Shown here in pieces: positions 19,838 to 29,132 of a stretch of 64,000 bases of DNA (the stretch's first letter is position 1; each line of letters starts with the position of its first letter). The translations under genes were made by a program, and so were the position numbers. Origin of the DNA: Trichormus sp. ATA11-4-KO1 (GTDB lineage: Bacteria > Cyanobacteriota > Cyanobacteriia > Cyanobacteriales > Nostocaceae); contig JAHHIM010000036.1 in assembly GCA_019358915.1 (NCBI GenBank), forward strand, positions 443,588 to 507,587, written 5' to 3'. The notes under the pieces were generated by a model. It did not search any database and was not told where the DNA came from. It saw only the letters and a list, made by a program, of their open reading frames with translations.

Positions 19838-20518
19838 ATGACAAGTACATCTTACATTTTTCTGGCTGGGGCAAGTCGTGGCGTTGGTCGAGAAATTGCC
19901 CAATACTTGACAGCACAAAATCTTCAGGTGAAAGCATTCCTGAGAAATGAAGCTGCTGCTGCTGAACTAGAAGCGATGAATATTCAGCCTGTTATGGGAG
20001 ATGCTTTGAATGTGGATGATGTAGAACGCGCCATCTTGACAAATGAGCCTATCCACACCGTTATTAGTACCATTGGCGGTTTACCTACACAAGGTGAAAG
20101 AGCAGATTATCTTGGTAATAAAAATCTCATCGATGCCGCAGTGAAAGCAAGAGTACAAAAGTTTATTCTGGTGTCTTCCATCGGTACTGGTAATAGTGCC
20201 GATGCTTTACCTCCGCAAGCTTTGGCAACACTGGGGCCTGTATTAGTCGAAAAAGACAAAGCTGAACAACATTTAATAGCTAGTGGACTCACCTACACAA
20301 TCATTCGTCCTGGTGGACTAAAGTCAGAACCAGCAACAGGTAATGGTATTTTAACTGAAGATCCGCGTATTGTTGGCAGTATCAATCGTGCAGATGTCGC
20401 CCAGTTAGTTTGTCGCTGTTTAAATTCTGAGCGTTCTCACAATAAAACTTTGTCTGCAATGGACAGAAATATGTTATATGAGGGACAACCAGAGTTTGTA
20501 GAATTTACTTTAGATTAA
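19838..20518 (+). CDS. Atypical SDR NAD(P)H-binding protein
   Basis: GASRGVG, LVSSIG, YTIIRPGGL, INRADVA. Confidence 0.88.
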   Translation: MTSTSYIFLAGASRGVGREIAQYLTAQNLQVKAFLRNEAAAAELEAMNIQPVMGDALNVDDVERAILTNEPIHTVISTIGGLPTQGERADYLGNKNLIDAAVKARVQKFILVSSIGTGNSADALPPQALATLGPVLVEKDKAEQHLIASGLTYTIIRPGGLKSEPATGNGILTEDPRIVGSINRADVAQLVCRCLNSERSHNKTLSAMDRNMLYEGQPEFVEFTLD

Positions 20519-20608
20519 TAGAGCAAACCTTTTAGAAAATTCAAAAGTCAAAATGAAACTTTTTGACTTTTGAATTGAGTTGTCTCCCTCATTGCTTCAT
20601 GAGCTTTC

Positions 20609-20860
20609 TTACTCTCCTGATATTTGCAAAAACACAGTTCCTTTACGAGGCCCGTCTAACTCAAAAAACAACACAAATTGCCAAGTTCCCAAAGCTAATT
20701 TACCTTTTACAATGGGAACTACTTCACTTGTAGTCAGCATCATTGCCATTAAGTGGAAATGAGCATTTATGGGTTCATCTTCTGGAACATCCCTTAAATG
20801 CAAGTCGTTATTTAAGTAACGATCTGATTCAGGAGCTAATTTACGCAAAAATACGTCGAA
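20609..20860 (-). pseudogene. 5'-truncated YjbQ (UPF0047) family gene
   Basis: C-terminal motifs NAH.HL, G.L.LGTWQ.V.F.ELDGPR are present, but the N-terminal HTTA-type region and a credible start are missing. Confidence 0.7.
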
Positions 20861-20961
20861 AATATTATCTTCTTTCTTAACTAACCTGCGGAATGTGGGT
20901 TCCGTGCGTGGGCAAGACAGCAAATAGGAGCGATTTAGTTACAATTTTTAGAATTGGCTAC

Positions 20962-21816
20962 TCAAAAAGAATGATTATCATTGTGGAAAACTGTATATTT
21001 TATTTTCTGGAATTCTCTAGCTTCCTCTGGGTCGTATTTTCTACCTTGACAAAACTCATCTACCCAAGAAGCCAGACTACGAGCATTAGTACTGGGTGAT
21101 AGATTAACCTTACGGGGAATATCTTGTGGTTGTATCTTTACATAGTTGCCGTTTTCTAGAGAAGGTAGAGTTTTGGCTTTGCTGGGAACCTCAGTAGTAA
21201 TTGCCAGAGGCGATCGCACTGGATTATGTTGACGTAATAAGCCGGAAGGTGGCTTGGCAAAGTGTAGCATCTTGGCGGGAGATGGAGAAGTATCCTTAGT
21301 CGCAACAGCAACCGATGACACAAGTTTTTGTGTACGAATCACCTCAGTAGTAGCTGTAAAATATGACATAGGTTTGTGTGCCTGTGGCAAATCAGAGGTC
21401 AGCTTTTCCGAATGTAGGGTTTTGGCTGGAGAATGGGAAGCAATCTTAGTTGCAATTGCCACCAATGGTACAGTTTGACTCTCGGCACATTTATCTTGTA
21501 CAGAATCGCTTTCAACTTGGTTAGCAGCCGGAGAATGCTCGAATTTGATTAAACGTAACTCTTCATCAGGATTGAAGTTAAGACCTAAAGCTGCGACTAT
21601 CTTATCGGGATTGTCATTCAGATCCAGGATAAAAGGAAGTATTTCATCAAGCTGCGGCTCTAAAACCGACAAAGTAGCCAAAATAAACCCAGATGAAGGA
21701 CGACGCAGACCATTGTAGGTGCCCCAAACTCTCATTTTGACTAGCCAAGGACGATTTTGCTTGTAGTAACCCAGCCACTTCATTTTTAAAGATTGACGTA
21801 GCTGCTGAATATTCAT
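20962..21816 (-). CDS. DUF5331-like cyanobacterial protein
   Basis: MNIQQLRQSLK.KWL.YY.QNR.WL, RRPSSGFILATLS.LEP, low-complexity middle, LASWVDEFCQG. Start placed at ATG 21816. Confidence 0.75.
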   Translation of the reverse strand: MNIQQLRQSLKMKWLGYYKQNRPWLVKMRVWGTYNGLRRPSSGFILATLSVLEPQLDEILPFILDLNDNPDKIVAALGLNFNPDEELRLIKFEHSPAANQVESDSVQDKCAESQTVPLVAIATKIASHSPAKTLHSEKLTSDLPQAHKPMSYFTATTEVIRTQKLVSSVAVATKDTSPSPAKMLHFAKPPSGLLRQHNPVRSPLAITTEVPSKAKTLPSLENGNYVKIQPQDIPRKVNLSPSTNARSLASWVDEFCQGRKYDPEEAREFQKIKYTVFHNDNHSF

Positions 21817-21871
21817 TTGATGCCTCGCTTCAGTCAACAATTTGTGCAGTCTTTTGTATATGCAATTTGCT

Positions 21872-22204
21872 TTATCCCTGGGGATGAAACCGATAATAAA
21901 GCATCTGTTGAACACTTTTACCACTTAGCAAATGTTGTTCTACAACTAGAGGCACTTCATGGGGTCGAACGCCGCTATACCAAACCATGTCTGGTAATAC
22001 CAGTACCATCGGCCCGTTACCACATTGTCCTAAACAGCAGCTAGCCGTTACGGTCATATCAGGGATTGGTAAAGCGGCAAAAGCTGCTAATACCTTTGCT
22101 GCACCTTGCTTTTTACAAGTGCGATTTTGACATACTCGCACGCATTTAGAAGCAGAGGATGAATCTGTTTTTGGTAGTTGTGATGATTGATTTATATTTG
22201 TCAT
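21872..22204 (-). CDS. Thioredoxin-like (2Fe-2S) ferredoxin
   Basis: VCQNRTC..QG, CLGQCGNGPMV.V.P..VWY. The longer ORF N-terminus is repeat-derived, so the start is placed at ATG 22204. Confidence 0.85.
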   Translation of the reverse strand: MTNINQSSQLPKTDSSSASKCVRVCQNRTCKKQGAAKVLAAFAALPIPDMTVTASCCLGQCGNGPMVLVLPDMVWYSGVRPHEVPLVVEQHLLSGKSVQQMLYYRFHPQG

Positions 22205-22302
22205 TTGTGAATGAGTGGACAAGGAGATGGGGAGACAAGGGGACAAGGGGATAAGAAAAATTATTTCTACCTTCCTATCTCCCAATGCCCAATGACTAAT
22301 GA

Positions 22303-23277
22303 TTAATCTACTGACAACCCTTTTGAGGCTAGCCATTCGCGGTTGAAGATTCGTGACTGATACCGGGAACCGCTATCACATAAAATGGTAACAATGGTGT
22401 GTCCTGGCCCTAACTGCTTTGCTAAAGCCACAGCAGCCCCAACATTAATACCAGTAGAACCGCCCATTAATAGCCCGTCTTTCCGCAGGAGTTGATAAAC
22501 AACCCGCAAAGCTTCTGTGTCATCTATCTGGATGGCATCATCAGTGGGTGCGCCTTCCATATTTGCAGTGACACGACTGTTACCAATGCCTTCGGTGATG
22601 GAATTACCCTCCATTTTGATTTCACCAGTTTTGATGTAGCTATAAAGTCCACTACCCAGGGGATCGGCAACTACGCATTTAACAGCCGGATTTTGTGATT
22701 TCAGATACAAGGCTACACCTGCAAAAGTACCTCCAGTACCAGTTGCAGCCGTCCAAGCGTCAATTTTACCGTTTGTCTGTGTCCAAATTTCCGGTCCTGT
22801 GGTTTCGTAGTGGGCGCGGCGGTTAGCTAAATTATCAAACTGATTTGCCCAAATTGCGTTATCTAACTCGGCGGCAATTCTCCCAGATAATTTGACGTAG
22901 TTATTGGGGTCTTTGTAGGGGACAGCCGGCACAGGACGCACTTCTGCACCCAAAGTCGTCAGTGCATCAATTTTTTCTTGGGATTGGGTATTAGGAATAA
23001 TAATCAGGCATTTGTAGCCTTTGGCGTTGCAAATATGTGCCAATCCGATGCCAGTATTCCCGGCGGTTCCTTCGACAACAGTGCCACCGGGTTTGAGTAG
23101 TCCCTTTTGCTCTGCATCTTCGACAATGTAAAGTGCAGCGCGGTCTTTGACGGAACCCCCAGGATTAAGAAATTCTGCTTTACCAAGGATTTCGCAACCT
23201 GTTTCTTCACTAAAGCTGTTTAAGCGAATTAGCGGTGTGTTGCCAACGGTGCCGACAAATCCATTTTTGATATCCAT
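22303..23277 (-). CDS. cysK: Cysteine synthase
   Basis: GNTPLIRL, NPGGSVKDR (PLP lysine), GTAGNTG, GTGGT, LCDSG.RY. Confidence 0.93.
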   Translation of the reverse strand: MDIKNGFVGTVGNTPLIRLNSFSEETGCEILGKAEFLNPGGSVKDRAALYIVEDAEQKGLLKPGGTVVEGTAGNTGIGLAHICNAKGYKCLIIIPNTQSQEKIDALTTLGAEVRPVPAVPYKDPNNYVKLSGRIAAELDNAIWANQFDNLANRRAHYETTGPEIWTQTNGKIDAWTAATGTGGTFAGVALYLKSQNPAVKCVVADPLGSGLYSYIKTGEIKMEGNSITEGIGNSRVTANMEGAPTDDAIQIDDTEALRVVYQLLRKDGLLMGGSTGINVGAAVALAKQLGPGHTIVTILCDSGSRYQSRIFNREWLASKGLSVD

Positions 23278-23373
23278 TTTGACTTTACCTGAGTTCTTGT
23301 CTATAAAAATTTTGGCTTATAGCGGTGGTTAGATTTACAGATTTTCAAAATACTAATACGCGATCGCTCCCCT

Positions 23374-23444
23374 CTCTGCGTCTTTGCGCGGCAGTCGCTA
23401 CAAGTCGGGAAACCCGCAGGGCGCGCTGCCTTGTCTTTGCGTGA
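23374..23444. repeat. CTTTGCG-type repeats with an inserted GC-rich hairpin
   Basis: ggcag..gctacaagtcgggaaacccg...ctgcc, related to the insert at about 10740-10782. Confidence 0.6.
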
Positions 23445-23660
23445 GATTAATTCATATTTCTATTTTGCAACGCTAGAAAAATTAATATAAAGATTTCTGG
23501 AAAGTAAGTGCAGCTTTGAGAAGCTAATTTCCGGTTCAGGTTAAGCAACCCACGACAGGATATTACTGAGCTTAGCAAATTTACATGTAAGCTAATATAC
23601 AATTGGGTTGGGTTGTGAGTACTGTTATCATTTCATTGTCTTTAGATGGAGTACAGACCG

Positions 23661-23987
23661 ATGACATCTCAAGATGACCGCCAAAAAGAACTAGAGCAAC
23701 GGGAACGCATACTGCGAGAACGAGAAGTTGAATTACGACTTCGGGAAATGGACGCTGACATCCATGCACCCAATGCACCTTTTCATAAAACTGTCAAGCA
23801 TCAGCCGGAAAACTCCCAAAAACCCTGGATGAAGAAACTGATTCTCGGGGGAAAGTTATTTGCTTTCGGCGTTGCGGCGCTGGTAGCGGTGAGAATAGCC
23901 TCAGCAGTTGCGGGGATAATGATTATCGCTGCGTTGGCGTGGATATCTTACAAATTATTTTGGGAATCAAAAAATAATCGTCGTTAA
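23661..23987 (+). CDS. Small protein with N-terminal coiled coil and two C-terminal TM helices; first gene of the dynamin operon
   Basis: E/R-rich helix, then two hydrophobic segments; 16 nt gap to the dynamin ATG. Confidence 0.8.
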   Translation: MTSQDDRQKELEQRERILREREVELRLREMDADIHAPNAPFHKTVKHQPENSQKPWMKKLILGGKLFAFGVAALVAVRIASAVAGIMIIAALAWISYKLFWESKNNRR

Positions 23988-24003
23988 TTACGAGGAAATT
24001 GTA

Positions 24004-26085
24004 ATGACTTATCAAGTCGGAACTGACAGATTCATCAACGACTTAGAACGAGTTGCTCAAGTGCGCTCAGAAATTTCTGTATGTCTGAGTAGCATCGCTG
24101 ATACCATAGATCAAGCAGAATTAGCAGGAGAATTTTCATCAGGCAAACTCAGCTTAGAACGAGATATAGAAGATATTAAAGCAGCTAGTAAAAACCTCAA
24201 AAAAGGTGTATTTCGTCTTTTGGTTTTAGGTGATATGAAACGGGGAAAAAGTACGTTTCTCAATGCCTTGATTGGAGAAAATTTACTGCCAAGTGATGTT
24301 AATCCCTGTACTGCTGTATTAACGATTTTACGTTATGGTTCAGAAAAAACAGTCACCATTCATTTTAATGATGGTAAAAGTCCCCAAAAGCTAGATTTTC
24401 AAAGTTTTAAATATAAATATACGATTGACCCAGCAGAAGCAAAAAAACTAGAACAAGAGAAAAAGCCAGCTTTTCCTGATGTTGATTATGCTGTTGTGGA
24501 GTATCCCTTACCACTACTAGAAAAAGGGATTGAAATTGTTGATAGTCCAGGGTTAAATGATACGGAAGCACGCAACGAATTATCTTTAGGATATGTCAAT
24601 AATTGCCATGCAATTTTGTTTGTGATGCGAGCTTCCCAACCTTGTACATTGGGGGAACGTCGCTATCTGGAAAATTATATTAAAGGTCGTGGTTTGAGTG
24701 TATTTTTCTTAGTCAACGCTTGGGATCAGGTGAGGGAATCTTTAATTGATCCTGACGATTTAGAAGAATTACAAGCATCTGAAGTCAGATTACGGCAAGT
24801 CTTCAAAGCCAATTTAGCAGATTATTGTTATGTAGATGGTCAGGATATTTACGACGAACGCGTATTTGAACTTTCATCAATTCAAGCGCTAAGGCGACGA
24901 CTGAAGAATCCCCAAGCTGATTTAGCCGGAACTGGCTTTCCAGAGTTTATGGGTTCTCTAAATACATTTCTTACCAGAGAACGGGCGATCGCGGAACTGC
25001 GTCAAGTCAGAACATTGGCCAGACAAGCTTGCAATCATACTCGCGAAGCAGTGGCTAGGCGTTTACCTTTACTCGACAAAGATGTCGATGAATTGAAAAA
25101 ACGCATCGATTCTGTAGAACCAGAGTTTAATAAACTCACAGGGATTCGAGATCAATTTCAAAAGGAAATTCTCAATACAAGAGATACCCAAGCAAGAAAA
25201 ATTTCCGAATCTTTTCGTGGCTACGTTTTAAATTTAGGTAATACTTTTGAAACAGATTTCTTACGCTATCAACCTGAGTTAAATGTCTTAGATTTTCTCA
25301 GTACTGGTAAACGAGAAGCATTTAACCTAGCGCTACAAAAAGCCTTTGAACAATATATAGCTGACAAAGCTGCGGCTTGGACTTTAACAGCTGAAAAAGA
25401 TATCAATGCGGCTTTTCGAGAACTTTCTCAGAGTGCTGCACAGTATGGCGCGTCTTACAGCCAAGTAACAGACCAAATTACAGAAAAGCTCACCGGACAA
25501 AAAGTTAATGTCAATACTACCAGCACATCAGAAGAAGACCAATCTCCTGGATGGGCAAAATGGGCAATGGGATTGTTATCTTTGTCTAGGGGAAACTTAG
25601 CAGGTGTGGCTTTAGCTGGTGCTGGCTTTGATTGGAAAAATATTTTGTTAAACTACTTTACTGTGATTGGCATTGGTGGGATATTGACAGCAGTTACAGG
25701 TATTTTTCTTGGCCCTATTGGATTTGCTTTGCTAGGTTTGGGAGTAGGATTTTTGCAAGCAGATCAAGCGCGTAAGGAGTTAGTCAAAACTGCGAAGAAG
25801 GAGTTAGTCAAATACTTACCACAAATAGCGCATGAGCAATCCCAAACTGTGTATGATGCAGTGAAAGAGTGTTTTGATAGTTACGAAAGAGAAGTTAGTC
25901 AACGAATTAATGATGATATTGCTTCTCGCAAATCTGAGTTAGATAATCTGGTGAAGCAAAAACAAACCCGTGAAATCAATCGTGAAAGTGAGTTACAGCG
26001 ATTAAAAAAATTACAGGAAGATGTCATAACGCAAATCCAGAAAATTGAGGCAGCATATAGTAATTTATTGGCTTATTATAGCTAA
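24004..26085 (+). CDS. Bacterial dynamin-like protein, BDLP1 orthologue (693 aa)
   Basis: G1 GDMKRGKS, G3 DSPG, G4 NAWD, Gly-rich paddle. Length and sequence match my recall of Nostoc punctiforme BDLP. Confidence 0.93.
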   Translation: MTYQVGTDRFINDLERVAQVRSEISVCLSSIADTIDQAELAGEFSSGKLSLERDIEDIKAASKNLKKGVFRLLVLGDMKRGKSTFLNALIGENLLPSDVNPCTAVLTILRYGSEKTVTIHFNDGKSPQKLDFQSFKYKYTIDPAEAKKLEQEKKPAFPDVDYAVVEYPLPLLEKGIEIVDSPGLNDTEARNELSLGYVNNCHAILFVMRASQPCTLGERRYLENYIKGRGLSVFFLVNAWDQVRESLIDPDDLEELQASEVRLRQVFKANLADYCYVDGQDIYDERVFELSSIQALRRRLKNPQADLAGTGFPEFMGSLNTFLTRERAIAELRQVRTLARQACNHTREAVARRLPLLDKDVDELKKRIDSVEPEFNKLTGIRDQFQKEILNTRDTQARKISESFRGYVLNLGNTFETDFLRYQPELNVLDFLSTGKREAFNLALQKAFEQYIADKAAAWTLTAEKDINAAFRELSQSAAQYGASYSQVTDQITEKLTGQKVNVNTTSTSEEDQSPGWAKWAMGLLSLSRGNLAGVALAGAGFDWKNILLNYFTVIGIGGILTAVTGIFLGPIGFALLGLGVGFLQADQARKELVKTAKKELVKYLPQIAHEQSQTVYDAVKECFDSYEREVSQRINDDIASRKSELDNLVKQKQTREINRESELQRLKKLQEDVITQIQKIEAAYSNLLAYYS

Positions 26086-26094
26086 TAAATTACA

Positions 26095-26127
26095 AGATTC
26101 CCGACTTCTTGAAGAAGTCGGGAATCT
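26095..26127. repeat. Perfect palindrome AGATTCCCGACTTCTT-G-AAGAAGTCGGGAATCT
   Basis: 16-bp inverted repeat between the two dynamin genes. Confidence 0.9.
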
Positions 26128-26156
26128 GAGTTTTTCCAATTTCAAATAGGGTAAAT

Positions 26157-28322
26157 ATGCAACAACAGAATGAAAGTTACAGGGATTTAGCAAATTCTCT
26201 CAAATCTGTATCTACATTACTGGAGTTAGAACGTCAATCACCACTGCATCAAGATATTCTTACTGTCTGCAATCATTTGGTTAATCCCAGTTTTCGTATT
26301 GCGGTTTTTGGCCCTTTTAATCATGGCAAATCTACTTTATTAAATGCCATGTTGGGAAATCGCACATTACCGATTGATTTAATTCCGACAACAGGCGCAG
26401 CGATTACTGTAAAGTATGGTTCTGATGTGCGGACTCGGATCATGTTGGTAGATGGTACAGAAATATATCGCAGTGGTACAGAAGTTTTACAACAATTTGC
26501 TATTCTTGACGGTAATAGACAGATGCGAAAAGATGTCGCGTCTGTAGAAGTTTTTTGTCCTCATCCTTTCTTAGCAACTGGTGTAGAATTTATCGATTTA
26601 CCGGGAACTAATGATAGGGAAGAACAAGATAATTTAGTTAGAGAACAACTTTTAAGTGTAGATTTAGTAGTCCAGTTATTGGATGCACGTAAGTTAATGA
26701 CTTTAGGTGAACGAGAAAACTTGCGAGATTGGTTATTAGATCGGGGTATTAAAACAGTTATATTTGTGGCTAATTTTTTGAATTTACTGGAACCAGAAGA
26801 GCAAAAACAAGTGCAAAACCGTTTGCTGTTTGTAGCAGAAAGTTTTCGTGCTGATTTACCTCCAGGTTTTAGTAATTTATATCGGGTTGATGCTTTACCG
26901 GCTTTAAGAGCTAGATTAAAAGGTGATGTTGCTGCTGCTAGTAGTAGTGGTTTAGTGGCGTTTGAAGCTGCTTTGCAAAATATTGCTGGTATTTTACAAC
27001 CAAATCGGGGTAGTGTAAGGTTGCCAAGGGCACAGGCGATCGCTTCTCAAATTCAATTATCACTAAAAGCTAAAATTGACCCTCTTGTTAATGAAATTAA
27101 AGTCTTTAATGATAAACAAAATGCTAAATTTGCAATAAAAGAAAAAGCTGCTAATTTAATTAATCAAGGCTTTGCTAAAAGTATAAAAGAGTTATGTGAT
27201 TGGCTGGCTTTATCTAATTTACTCGCAAAATATCAAGCTGATGGCGCTGTTGCATTGGCAGAAAATAACTTTAAAGCTTGGCAAGTAAATACACTTAAAA
27301 AAGACCTAACAGAGTTGCAATTAACTGTAGTCAAATGGCTTTATCAAGCTTACGAATTCTTTCAAGAAGAACGACCAGAAGATTTATTAATTCCTTTGCC
27401 TAGTGAACCACAAGTAATACTACCACCAAAGCCAAGTAATACCGATGATTTGAGTGAACCTGGTTCAATAGCTGTCGGCGGTGGAATTGGCTGGTTATTG
27501 GGTGGCCCTGTCGGTGCGGCTGTCGTTGGGAGTATTTCTTATTTATTAAATAAGAATATCCAAGAACAAGATGATAAATTAGCAAATGAATCTTATCATC
27601 AGCAAGTTGCTAAAGTTTGTATAGCAGCGATTGAGGATTATTTATCCCGCTTGAGTAATCAAGGATTAGCAATTTTAGCTGAGTATGAACTAAAAGCTGA
27701 AAAAATTATTCGCTTTACAATCAGCCAGGAAACGCCAGAAATTACTAAAAAATGGGAAGATTTGCAGCAATTACAAAATGGTTTCAATCAGTTTTTGCGA
27801 GAGTTAGAAAAAGTAAAATTATCTGGCAATTATCAACCTTATTTAGAAATATCAAAACCCCAAAATACTAAACGTGTATATATCCCTAAAAGAGTAAGAG
27901 TTCAAACTTCCTCGACCAAAAATACTGCTAACAATACTCAGACAAGGGTAGAATCTCCGCGTCCTAAAACTGCTCCCCGTCCACAAGAAGTAGACGCGAA
28001 ATTTCGCAATTGGGAACTAGATGAGGAGATAGCACGCATGAAAGCAGAAATGCGCTCTCCTAATTCATCTAAAAATCAAAGTAATAAAGCACCGAACCCA
28101 CCCAAAACCCAAGCAGAAAAAGATAAAATTGCTCACGCTTATAGTATTTTAGGATTAAAATCGAGCGCTTCTCTCGCTGAAGTCAAACAAACTTATCGAA
28201 ATTTAGTGAAAAAATGGCATCCAGATTTATTTGTAAATCAGCCGCAGATGCAAAAACAAGCTCACGAGAAAATGCGATTAGTTAATGAGGCTTATAGAAT
28301 ATTAAGTTCGCTAGGGATTTAA
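26157..28322 (+). CDS. Second dynamin-like GTPase with a C-terminal DnaJ domain
   Basis: G1 GPFNHGKS, G3 DLPG, Gly-zipper paddle, and J-domain AYSILGL...YRNLVKKWHPD...VNEAY.IL. Confidence 0.9.
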   Translation: MQQQNESYRDLANSLKSVSTLLELERQSPLHQDILTVCNHLVNPSFRIAVFGPFNHGKSTLLNAMLGNRTLPIDLIPTTGAAITVKYGSDVRTRIMLVDGTEIYRSGTEVLQQFAILDGNRQMRKDVASVEVFCPHPFLATGVEFIDLPGTNDREEQDNLVREQLLSVDLVVQLLDARKLMTLGERENLRDWLLDRGIKTVIFVANFLNLLEPEEQKQVQNRLLFVAESFRADLPPGFSNLYRVDALPALRARLKGDVAAASSSGLVAFEAALQNIAGILQPNRGSVRLPRAQAIASQIQLSLKAKIDPLVNEIKVFNDKQNAKFAIKEKAANLINQGFAKSIKELCDWLALSNLLAKYQADGAVALAENNFKAWQVNTLKKDLTELQLTVVKWLYQAYEFFQEERPEDLLIPLPSEPQVILPPKPSNTDDLSEPGSIAVGGGIGWLLGGPVGAAVVGSISYLLNKNIQEQDDKLANESYHQQVAKVCIAAIEDYLSRLSNQGLAILAEYELKAEKIIRFTISQETPEITKKWEDLQQLQNGFNQFLRELEKVKLSGNYQPYLEISKPQNTKRVYIPKRVRVQTSSTKNTANNTQTRVESPRPKTAPRPQEVDAKFRNWELDEEIARMKAEMRSPNSSKNQSNKAPNPPKTQAEKDKIAHAYSILGLKSSASLAEVKQTYRNLVKKWHPDLFVNQPQMQKQAHEKMRLVNEAYRILSSLGI

Positions 28323-28907
28323 AATAATAGTCAAATCTATAACAAAACCAGGCAAAACTTCTTCACCGGAAAGTTGAGGAGGGTTATTAAAAGAAAAATT
28401 TAAAACTTCTACATCTTGTCCTGGTCGATAAATTTCTACTAAAGGCGTTTGCGGGTCAATTAACCAACCTAAACGCGCACCATTTTCTTGATATTCCCGC
28501 ATTTTAGCGCGTAACTTATCTAAACGATCGCTTTCTGAGGGCAGTTCAATGACAAAATCAGGACAAATAGGCGGAAAACGTCGTTTTTCATCTTGCGTTA
28601 ATGCTTCCCAACGTTCTAACTTTATCCAAGCCGCATCAGGACAGCGATAAGCACCATTGGGTAATTTGAATTCGGTGGAAGAGTCAAAGACTTTCCCTGA
28701 TTTGGTTTGACGGTTCCATAAATTTAAATCTGTTGTTAAATCAGAATTTCTAATTCCACTTTCTCCGCCTGTGGGAGGCATAATGATTAATTCTCCAGTC
28801 TGGGTAAGTTCTAATTGCCAAGGTTCGTTAGCAATGCAGAGTTGATAAAATTGCTCATCGGTTAAACCTACTGCTGGAGGTACGTTTAAAGTGAGGGTTT
28901 CCATCAT
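28311..28907 (-). CDS. Uma2 family (DUF820) endonuclease-fold protein
   Basis: GELIIMPPTGG, PDAAW, CPDFVIEL, GARLGWLIDP, GEEVLPGF. Confidence 0.9.
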   Translation of the reverse strand: MMETLTLNVPPAVGLTDEQFYQLCIANEPWQLELTQTGELIIMPPTGGESGIRNSDLTTDLNLWNRQTKSGKVFDSSTEFKLPNGAYRCPDAAWIKLERWEALTQDEKRRFPPICPDFVIELPSESDRLDKLRAKMREYQENGARLGWLIDPQTPLVEIYRPGQDVEVLNFSFNNPPQLSGEEVLPGFVIDLTIILNP

Positions 28908-28978
28908 GATGTTTTACCAAAGGAGTTAATTCTATTATCGTGGGTGAAAATTATAAGTAGAATGTAAGATAAATTTTT

Positions 28979-29043
28979 GTTCGTAATAGGCGATTTATCG
29001 CTTTCTTACAAGATTTTAAAGGCTAGAGCCACTGACTACGAAC
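28979..29043. repeat. Degenerate REP/MITE-like element GTTCGTAAT...ACTACGAAC
   Basis: 9-bp terminal inverted repeat with 1 mismatch, between the two Uma2 genes. Confidence 0.5.
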
Positions 29044-29132
29044 TTTTATTTTATTAAGTCTTACTACTTAATTGCTATATCCAACCTCAGTAATTGGCTG
29101 GACATGAAATTACACATTCATGGAAGAATCAG

